From Octopus vulgaris (lineage: Eukaryota), in the NCBI GenBank assembly GCA_951406725.2, contig OX597816.1, forward strand, positions 83,638,001-83,702,000: a DNA stretch of 64,000 nucleotides, read 5' to 3'. Shown piece by piece: positions 53,480-64,000 of the stretch. The notes beneath the pieces are model-generated. The model was not told the DNA's origin, did no database searches, and saw only the letters and a list, made by a program, of their open reading frames with translations. Each line of letters begins with the position of its first letter. Positions within the stretch are counted from its first letter, which is position 1. Both the position numbers and the translations under genes were made by a program.

Positions 53480-54335
53480 TCTTTTCTACTCTAGACACAA
53501 GGTCCGAAATTTTTAGGGGACAGTCGATTAGATCGATCCCAGTACGCAAATGGTACTTAATTTATCGATCTCGAAAGGATGAAAGGCAAAGTCAACCTCG
53601 GCGGAATTTGAACTCAGAATGTAAAGGCAGACGAAATAGCTATTTCTTTACTACCCACAAGGGGCTAAACATAGAGAGGACAAACAAGGACAGACAAACG
53701 GATTAAGTCGATTATATCGACCCCAGTGCGTAATTGGTAGTTATTTAATCGACCTCGAAAGGATGAAAGGCAAAGTCGACCTCGGCGGAATTTGAACTCA
53801 GAACGTAAAGGCAGACGAAATACCGTTAAGCATTTCACCCGGCGTGCTAACGTTTCTGCCAGCTCACCGCCTTCAACCGGTATGTATATTCTTTCCTATT
53901 CTAGGTACAAAGCCCGAAATTTTGGGGAGGGAACCAGTCGATTAGATCGATTCCAGTACGCAACTAGTACTTAATATATCGATTCTGAAAGGATGAATGG
54001 CAAAGTCGACCTCGGCGGAATTTGAACTCAGAGCGTAAAATCAGACGAAATAGATATTTCTTTACTACCCACAAGGAGCTAAACACAGAGAGGACAAACA
54101 AGGACAGACAAACGCATTAAGTCGATTATATCGACTCAAGTGCGTAACTGGTACTTAATTTATCGACCCCGAAAGGATGAAAGGCAAAGACAACCTCGGC
54201 GGAATTTGAACTCAGAACGTAGCGGCAGACGAAATATCTATTTCTTTACTACCCACAAGGGGTTAAACGGCAGACGAAATACCGCTAAGCATTCCGCCCA
54301 GCGTGCTAACGTTTCTGTCAGCACACCGCCTTCAA
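53480..54335 (-). mobile_element. Tandem array of composite family B SINEs
   Basis: Four family B cores, two heads (ending about 53872 and 54331) and three copies of the CTATTTCTTTACTACCCACAAGG tail junction. Confidence 0.9.
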
Positions 54336-55119
54336 CCAGTATATATATATTAATGGCAAACTGTGCCATGTCCAAATGAGAAGCGAAGGCGATCTCAAGA
54401 ATGAAGTATTTCTCCAAAATTGATGTCATTGGTGAAAAAGCTGTCTGACATTCTGATATATAGGACATTGGCATGGTCGAGTGGTTAAACTCGTTTCACA
54501 CTCACAATATCACTGTGGTTCAATCCCACAGTGTGGCAACTTTGACATTTTAGGTAAGTGTCTTCTACCTTAGACTTGGTCCAGCTGTGCTCAGTGAGTG
54601 AAATCGGTTAAACGGAAACTGTACGGAAGTTCGTCGAATGGACTGGACATTTAATTCAAATGATCACCCTTGATTCACATACACTGTGTCACGCTGATTC
54701 TGCTCGAGGTCTACAGTATACTCAACCGCTTTTACGCTAAGTCAATGACTTGATAGTTCTACTGATTTAACAACTGAATATTCATCGCCTAAGTAAATTC
54801 ATTAAAGTTATGCTTTTTATGGACGTATATTATATCCGTCTGTTTAGAGTGTATATAATTATGTGCGTGTGTATATGTGCGCGTGTATATGTGTGTGTAT
54901 GTATGTTTGTGTGAATGTATGCTTTTGTGTGTGTGTGTATGTGTGCTTGTGTGTAAAAATGCGTTCTAGATAAATAAGATGACGTGTGAGATCATTGAAG
55001 ATAATCTCGGCTGTTATATTACAGTTGATTCATTGAAACGCAATCAAGTCAAACCTTTAAACAGGTTACAGTTCTTTTTGATCACCCGCCAGCACCATCC
55101 CATAACCACCACCACCAGC

Positions 55120-55150
<31 letters not shown>

Positions 55151-56591
55151 CCACCACCACCACCACCACCATCATCATCGCAGTCACCACCACCACCACC
55201 ACCACCATCATCATCATCATCGCAGTCACCACCGCCACAACTACCACCACCACCACCACTACAATCACCACGGTCATTACACCTACCATCTTGACTTCCA
55301 CCACCACCGTCTTGAAATACCACCACGACTATTACCATCAAAACATCTCCCGCAACCACCTTCCCCTTTATTCCCATTGACATCACCAACACCACTATTA
55401 TTCGCACCACCACCACCACTGCCACCACCACCACCATCTTCACTATCATCATCACTGCCATTTACCATTATGCGACTATCATCATCTTCATAAGAATCTT
55501 CAATGTTCACCACTGCTATCGTTATTGTATTACCACAACCAACCCTACCAGCACCACCTCCTCCAGTCCCGACCCATCATTACTACCCTCCTCCGCCTCG
55601 TTATCATTATCATCAACATCAAAATCCACCCCCAAATCCACCCATCCACCGGCCATCTTTTCTTCATCCAATAAACGCAACCCACTTATCTTACACACAT
55701 TTAGACATACACACACTCACAGACACAGACACAGACACATACATGCAACCATATATATATATGTATATATATATGTTTGAGTGTGTGTGTATGTATGTAT
55801 ATATAAATAAATACATACATACATATACACATATATATACACACATATAATATACATACATATACACATATATATGTATATATATATATATTATATATAT
55901 ATACATATACATATACTCATATATATGTATATATATTATATATATACATAGGTATGTACGTATGTATGTGCATGTGTATACCGATGCGTTTTAGCGTATG
56001 TGTATATACGTGCGTGTATGTATATTTATGTGTTTATGTATATGTATATGTGTGCATACATACAAATAAATACACACACACACATACACGGATGCGCATA
56101 CACAAAAGCATGAAGCACGTGTATGCAAGCAGAGTTACCACACATGAAAGCTCATCTCTCGATGCTATCTTGATTTTTCTCATTTTCGAGGAATTAATCA
56201 ACTTCTTCCCCCACCTTCTTCTACGAAACTTCTCTGATAAACGGAACTGAGGCTCTAAGACAAAACAACAACAACAACACTATCATCATTCTCATCAACT
56301 TCATCATCCTCGCCTCTACCATGATTAATACAAAACTACCACCATCAACATCACCATCACCACAACCACTTTTATTATCATCATCGTCTCCGCTATCATT
56401 ATGACGACGGTGATGGCGATGATGAAAAGATGCCGACGACGATCACTACAAAGCGGATGACGACGACGTTGGTGAAGAAGATGGCGTCGGCGATGAAAAC
56501 ATTGCTGATGTCGAAGAGGACGGTGGTGGCGACCTCGACGGCAATGCTGCCGCTACTGACGGTGATGATGAAAAGAACCTGTTTTATTTGT

Positions 56592-56626
<35 letters not shown>

Positions 56627-56764
56627 TTTGATGCGATTAGATTAGAGAGGGGATGCAGGGAGAGAAATATTCTTCGTGTTGGTAGTCATGTATCTATTAT
56701 TGATAGACTCAGCAATCCTGGACATTTTTTTTCTTTCATAGCATGCCCAGATTTTACGGGGGAG

Positions 56765-57661
56765 GTGGAGGGTACCCAAGAGAAACCAGAATTTTACAAT
56801 ATTATTTTATTCACTCAGGTTTACATGCGTACGCTTTTATCACCTTCAAAGTATTCTAATGCATCGGTCCAGACGCGTTTTCAACTGCTTGAAGCAGTGC
56901 TTGGAACTCTTGCGAAGTGATGCCTTTTAACGCCTCCGTGGTTTGTTTTTCTTCAGCTCTTCCACATCTACAAATTCTGCAGTACCAGCTTTCGCCATCA
57001 GTAATGATCTTCGAAAAAGGGTCCGGATCAGTTTCCAACTGTTCTTTCAGTTCTCGACACGCATTCATTCATGACTGGATTTAGACTTCCGTGAACAAGC
57101 GAGGCACATATTTTGTCGCAACTCTTTTCATTCGAATTTTTGACGCAAAATTCTTTGGCAGGAGCTCCAAGACACACCAGTCATATCAACAAGCTAGTCA
57201 ATTGTTCGGTGACGGTCCTCCGAGATCAGTTCATGTATTTTCATGATGTTTTCATTCGTTTGGGAGATCGACGGTCGCCCTCAAAGAGGTTGGTCTTCAA
57301 GCGATAAGTGACCATTCTTAAAGCGTGGAAACAACTCGTAAACTTGTGTTTTGTTCATGGCAGCGTCCTTGTAAACACTTTGAAGCCTGGCAACTGTTTC
57401 GGTGACCGTTTTCCCCAGCAGAACACAGAATTTCACTGAAGCACGCTGTTCCTTCGTTTCAGCCATCGCAAAAATCGATGAACAGGGAAGAAGCACCGTA
57501 AAATAAAGACGAACCATGTGGCTACACGATTAAACTCGACGACACCGGTAGGCAGACTGATGCCTGAGAGTCGCATCCAGTGGTTTCTAGTGGCAGAAGC
57601 CTGAACTACCACGGGTTTGGCCCACTGAGAACGTTTCCGGTTACTTTTGGGTTCCTCCTCG
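56765..57661 (-). mobile_element. Mariner transposon, internally deleted and pseudogenised
   Basis: N-terminal HTH region MAETKEQRASVKFCVLLGKTVTETVARLQSVYKDAAMNKTQVYELFPRFKNG, then IITDGESW (IITGDE.W) joined to the C-terminal FVDVEEL..TTEALKGITSQEFQ. TIR TA|CGAGGAGGAACCCAAAAGTAACCGGAA at 57661, with a degenerate partner at about 56765-56791. Confidence 0.9.
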
Positions 57662-58549
57662 TATATAGCAGGACACAATGAAAATGCACCCCTTGAATGT
57701 TAATGTACGAAATCCACCCTCTACTGTGGTCATGTAATCTGCAAGAAACTGTAGCTAAATTTTTCATACGATACCATATTTTAAAATACAGGTCGTTTTT
57801 TTTTTAGATACCCACTCATATTAAGCTACATGTAGCAACATACACGCACACATAGAGACACACGCACATGTATGTATAAGTTTAGATCAGAGGAACTATC
57901 TGGAGGAATTTAAAATACCTTACATGCTGGCCTCCTAACCTAGTGTAGTGCATTCATTTCTCATCCTTTTTCGCACAAAGAAGAAAGCAAAGTAGTTGAA
58001 CTTAAGTTCATTTTCCCATGGGACCGGTTGGACATTATTAAACATTGATATATACGTTAATAATCATTCCCTCTAATAGTACTTAAATCCTGGTAATTGA
58101 TAGCGCTGATAATAATCCTTAATTACTGATACTTAATATTTACTGTTAATGCTGATAGCTTAATAATTACTGAATATGATTGTATACTAATTCCTCAAAC
58201 ATTTTCGTTAAGCCATGGAATGCTACTTGTAATGTTATTTATACATGTTAGTAAGTATATTAATGTTATATAGAAGACTTAGTTAATTTATTAACAGTTC
58301 TGTTTCCGCTGGTACTTCATTATCTGTCTTATTCTCTTCTACTCTCTCTCTGTCTCTATTTCACCCTTTCTCTCTCACATGTGTGCGTTTGTTTGTTTGT
58401 GTGTGTATGTGTGCGTATGTATACGCGTGTGTGTGTGTGAGTGTGTGTGAGTGTGTGTATTTTTGTATGTGTGCAAATCGCTGAATACACACTCACAGAA
58501 ACACATAGGCAGACAGATTACTAAAAGCATGTACACACACAGACGTATA

Positions 58550-58606
<57 letters not shown>

Positions 58607-58769
58607 ATGTGTGTGTGTTATTTTTTTTATTGTAGAAGTTACAAAGTGACTCAAAGGTTACATACAGAGCATAAAAAAATAAAAAAGGAAATGAGTGGGA
58701 ATTGAACCGGTGACTGTGTTAGGTATTATGCAGTTTGACACTCCCCATAGACAACAATATGTATGTGTA

Positions 58770-58805
<36 letters not shown>

Positions 58806-59269
58806 ATCATCGGTATAATGTAATTGTTAGTGCTTACTTTACCGATAATCATTAGCTAAAATATTTATTCTCTTCTCTACAAAATCCCTTTTCCTTTAAC
58901 CTGTGGATTTATACACAAAGGCATAATCTGGCTACCCCTCCCTCACATGACGAATGCTGGATATTCAGCACAGTTTTCATTCTGTTAAGTAACAGTCGCG
59001 ATGTAGTCAACCGAGTCTATGCGAAAAGCTCTATATAAATGGCGCGTTTTTCACATATTAGACATATTTATATAAAGATTTCAAACGGCAATCTTCTTAT
59101 AACAACACAGTCTAATGCAATCACAAGGCCAGTAGGGGAGGGAAAACAGTCAATTGTCAGCACCAGGATTTCACAGGTACTTTCAACATTCGAACCTGAA
59201 AGAATGAAAGCAAAGTTGACCAAAGTTTTGAGACTGGAATTCAGAACGTGTAGAAAGAAGAAATGTAAC

Positions 59270-59450
59270 GGAAGTGGCTGTGTGGTAAGTAGCTTGCTTA
59301 CCAACCTCATGGTTCCGGGTTCAGTCTCTCTGCGTGGCACGTTGGGCAGGTGTCTTCTACTATAGCATCGGGCCGACCAAAGCCTTGTGAGTGGATTTGG
59401 TAGACGAAAACTGAAAGAAGCCCGTCGTATATATGTACACACACACACAC

Positions 59451-59496
<46 letters not shown>

Positions 59497-59705
59497 TTGT
59501 GTGTCTGTGTTTGTCCCCCCAACATCGCTTGACAACCGATGCTGGTGTGTTTACGTCCCCGTAACTTTGCGGTTCGGTAAAAGAAGCCGATAGAATAAGT
59601 ACCAGGCTTACAAAGAATAAGTCCTGGGGTCAATTTGCTCGACTAAAAGCAGTGCTCCAGCGTGGCCGCAGTCAAATGACTGAAACAAGTAAAAGAGTAA
59701 AAGAG
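59270..59705 (+). mobile_element. SINE family A, full length, within a degenerate minus-strand family B copy
   Basis: Complete family A copy. Family B-like sequence lies at 59115-59250 and about 59710-59760. Confidence 0.9.
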
Positions 59706-60052
59706 AAGAAGTATCGTAAGGCATATTCTCCGACGTGATTATATTTTTGCCAATCCACTGCATAAATCTGTCTCTATAACATTCCAAGTTGGCTACTCAC
59801 AGCCATCTTTCAGTAATGTTATTGGGACTGTGAGCACTCTTCTCTATGCTCAACCTCATGTTTATGATTAAGGGGTACTTGAAAGCACCGACGAGGGTTT
59901 GAGTGTTGAAGATGATAGTCATACACATTGCCAAGTTTCACATCCAGCTTGAAAAACACTTGCACCTGGTACACAGAGAGGTAGAGATTTACCACATTTG
60001 GTCGTATTTACATATTAGCGTCAATGCGGTTACAATGGCGTCTTACAACAAA

Positions 60053-60083
<31 letters not shown>

Positions 60084-60329
60084 AAATATAAAACCCAAGA
60101 CAGCCATCAAAGCAAACACCTGAGTCGCTTTCATATCTCATATTCCTAATGCCATCTCTCTCACTTCTAATGAGGGTCTCTCTATCTGTCTATCTGTGTG
60201 TCTATGAATATACTAATAGAAGTGTGTATATGTGCGCATGCATAATATACATACATGCATATATATAATATACAGTCTCCGTCAGACTTACTCTCTGTTC
60301 CCTGAGTTTGTACATACATATATGCGTAT

Positions 60330-60394
<65 letters not shown>

Positions 60395-60869
60395 TACATA
60401 CACATAAAGACATACACATGTATGTGTGTATATGTGTGTGTCTGCGCGTGTGTCACATACAAAAGCAACATGTAAAAAAATTGAAAGGATATATCCATAC
60501 ATATTTCGGTACGCACTTATATTCATCGACATATTCCTGAAATCCCAACATTGTATCAATTGAAAACCTACGAAGCAGGTGCCAGCGATATGAAAGGAAT
60601 TGGCCGGTCACGGGACAAACGCACAAATACGCATACAGACACAGACACAGTTACACACACATACACAAATTAAATAATTATCAATATTTTATATAAAATC
60701 CTGTCTGAGCAGATTTAAATTGTGTAGCATGCTGGCGTCACAGAAGATTGGCATCACAATACCCAAACAGCCTAAATGCACTCAGATTTTTGTAACAAGC
60801 AAACCACCGAACGACTAAGCACCATCGCCAGCCAGCCAGACTTTGAGTACATGGATAGGAGCAATGGTT

Positions 60870-60913
<44 letters not shown>

Positions 60914-61192
60914 AACACGCGCGCGTGCGCACACGCACGTACACACACAGAGGGAGAGAATGAGAGTGCGGGAGAAAGAGAGAGAGAGAGAGAGAGAGTC
61001 AGGAGAGGAGGGAAACTAAGTGGGAACGATTTCATACATAAATACACAGTTGATATTCACATTAAAAGGAAACATTAACACACACACACACACACAGATA
61101 TATGTATATGTATATATATATATATTGGGTTGGTGCAATATATACAGACATACATACATATGTGTGCGCGTGTGTATATATATATATATATA

Positions 61193-61303
61193 TAAGGTTG
61201 GTGCATAATTAAATAATTAACGGCCGTTTTTTTAATTCGAAATATAATCGAAAACAAAACACGAAAATAAAACAAGGCGGTCATTAATTATGCACCAACC
61301 CAA
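61193..61303. mobile_element. Mariner-type MITE (MADE-like)
   Basis: TIRs GGTTGGTGCATAATTAA and TTAATTATGCACCAACC in a TA context. Similar to Hsmar1/MADE1-type TTAGGTTGGTGCA ends. Confidence 0.8.
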
Positions 61304-61348
61304 TAATACTTCAGTAGTAATAATCCTGAAAAGAGTGCTTCTTGAATT

Positions 61349-61396
<48 letters not shown>

Positions 61397-61406
61397 CTAC
61401 TACTAC

Positions 61407-61439
<33 letters not shown>

Positions 61440-62135
61440 GTGAATCTAAGCATAGAAATAGACGAGATCGTAACGAGCTGAAACACTATTTGATCATTGG
61501 TCTGTTCAAGTAGGCCCGATCTAAGTCTAAGCCACAATAACAACTTTATCACATAGCTGCTGATTTTTCTTTTTGATGACCTTTACATATCGGTATGGTC
61601 AACAAGCAAATGTCTTCTTGATAGAAATACAGAGAGGCAAGAACCGAATACCGAAAGATAAAGATCTAATTAGATGTTAGCAACACTCTACGGTAGAAGT
61701 TCGCAATCTTTTATAGCGCAGTGCTTCCTTTCACGAAACGGCATTTTACAGTGGTCAACGTCCTCATAACATTTCAATGAAACCTCATTTTAACCCTTTA
61801 ATAGTGGCTTATAATCCATAGTTTTTTTTATATTATCCCATTTAGCTTATGCTCCTTGTTAGATATTTACTTGGACTATGCATTGTATGTTAAATGTATA
61901 CGGAATTTACTAATGAAGGCAAGGATTTATAAAATGATTATAAGATTTTGGAGTAAGTAAAATATGAATGAGGCTCTGTGTCGTCATTGAGCCGAAATAT
62001 GGCTGATGATGCACCAAAGTTCAATGAAATTTCATTTTATAAGTCCTTCACGTCTTTAATCTGTATTATAGCAGCACTTTTTGAGACTGGGGGCAAACAC
62101 AGACATATGCGAACGTGCGCAGAAATATACGCATA

Positions 62136-62138
<3 letters not shown>

Positions 62139-62221
<83 letters not shown>

Positions 62222-62225
62222 GAGA
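62139..62225. repeat. (AG)n microsatellite
   Basis: Near-pure AG tract. Confidence 0.95.
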
Positions 62226-62566
62226 CAGACATTGTTTATAATTCGAACAATGCTGGCAAACAATTTCCCTCTCTTCATAAAGAGAAAGAATATGCTCACA
62301 CACATAAAAAGAGATAGAGAAAAAGAGAAAGAGAGAGAGAGAGAGAAAGGGAGAGAAAGTGGGTAGAACATGAAAACGAAAGAAACAAAACGTCAGCGTC
62401 GAATTAGCGATACCAACTAGGCGGCGGTGGCAAACGGCTGTGCCAAAACGTCTCAAAGACATGCGAAGATGCATACGGTCAAAGATTGACGATATATGTT
62501 CTCTGTAAATCCAAAACCTTTCCCTTTTTCTTTTAAGAATTACTGTTTTTATATACAGACATCGTG

Positions 62567-62598
<32 letters not shown>

Positions 62599-62762
62599 AA
62601 TACAAGAAGCTGCAGGGAAACCAAATACTTTTTAATTACTAACATTTTAAAAACCATTACGTTCCCCTGTTAATAAGAGATGTCTGTGTACGCGCGTATG
62701 GATATGTGTTTATAGATATATACAAAAATACACATGCTCACCATATATATATATATATATAT

Positions 62763-62885
<123 letters not shown>

Positions 62886-63432
62886 TGTATATGTATATTT
62901 GAAATTAGCGAAATTGTTTAAACACCGTATTTAACTATATTTAATTTAAATGTCTCCGAAAATTTCTTCCCCAATTTTTTTTATCTACCATAATCATTAA
63001 TCATTTACGCTATCTCAATTTGTGCGTGACTATACATGCATGCACATATACACCTTCTTATACACACACATACTTACACATACATATCTATATATATTTA
63101 TATAAATATATACAAGCATACATATGTATATACATACACTCATGCACATACATGCATACATATACAAATACACACACGCATTCACAGACACACACATATG
63201 TATAATATATATATTGCCCCACTTATATACACTTATATACACATACATAAAAACATACTTAGAGTGAAATTAAAGGAATTCTTGAAAAACTTTCTCTCTT
63301 AAAATGTAAAATTTATTAAATTTAAATGTCTTCCAATAATTCTTTATCTTCTATCTTTACCACCCATTATTAACTGACTGCATCTTCGTATGAGTGCACA
63401 CACGCACACACGCACGCGTGCACACACACACA

Positions 63433-63479
<47 letters not shown>

Positions 63480-63553
63480 AAAGATATAAGTATATAGACA
63501 CACTGGCATATAATTCCTAGATTTATTACGTATGTATGTGTGTGTACATATAC

Positions 63554-63600
<47 letters not shown>

Positions 63601-63730
63601 TACACATGAATATAATGATATATACATACACACACACTCATATCTATCTATCTATCCATATATATATATATATATATATACATACACACATATATGTATG
63701 TATATAATTATATTGATGTATATATGTAAT

Positions 63731-63786
<56 letters not shown>

Positions 63787-64000
63787 TATATAAATATACA
63801 TATGTATACATACATACATGCATACATACATACATACATACATACATACATACATACATACATACATACATACATTTGTGTTTCTGTGTATATGTTTTAA
63901 TCTATTCCGAGATTTGCAAAATTTTTAATATAATTTTTAAGAGAGATGATGTAAATAATTTCATATTTAGTATATTATTGATGTAGGAGGAAGTCCTTAA

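Noticed and set aside
53480-54335. CRISPR-like or satellite array
   Set aside because: The units are SINE segments with no unique spacers, and the context is eukaryotic.
60700-60870. Possible host exon (also 25670-25790, 59790-60050 and 62380-62510)
   Set aside because: Complex sequence, but no consistent splice acceptor/donor pair or recognisable peptide. A small exon cannot be excluded without RNA-seq.
62003-62035. CTGATGA...GAAA as a possible hammerhead
   Set aside because: Stem II is poor and out of register, and stems I and III are not convincing.

Overview
This is AT-rich eukaryotic DNA with no recognisable host gene, so it is probably intergenic or intronic. The SINE families and the extreme density of (AT)n, (AC)n, (ATCT)n and trinucleotide microsatellites point to a coleoid cephalopod, most likely Octopus (inference, not checked against a database). 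Nearly all ORFs in the supplied track are microsatellite translation artefacts. The only real coding signal comes from dead transposable elements: CR1, RTE (x2) and R4/Dong (x2) LINE fragments, an internally deleted mariner, a hAT deletion derivative with an 8-bp TSD, and a miniature Helitron that keeps its helicase C-terminal motif. The window also holds many tRNA-derived SINEs (families A, B and C, my labels), two further retroposon families (D and E) and several MITEs. The most interesting signals are: two hammerhead-ribozyme motifs in Penelope-like terminal-repeat remnants (one with a long branched stem II inside an inverted repeat); a ~393-bp near-perfect palindrome with no spacer; a SINE tail joined four times to the same internal site of its own family; and a 72-bp duplication flanking a captured repeat fragment inside a Dong LINE. 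All calls were made by eye, and the edges of degenerate repeats are approximate. I did not find a novel multi-gene system.
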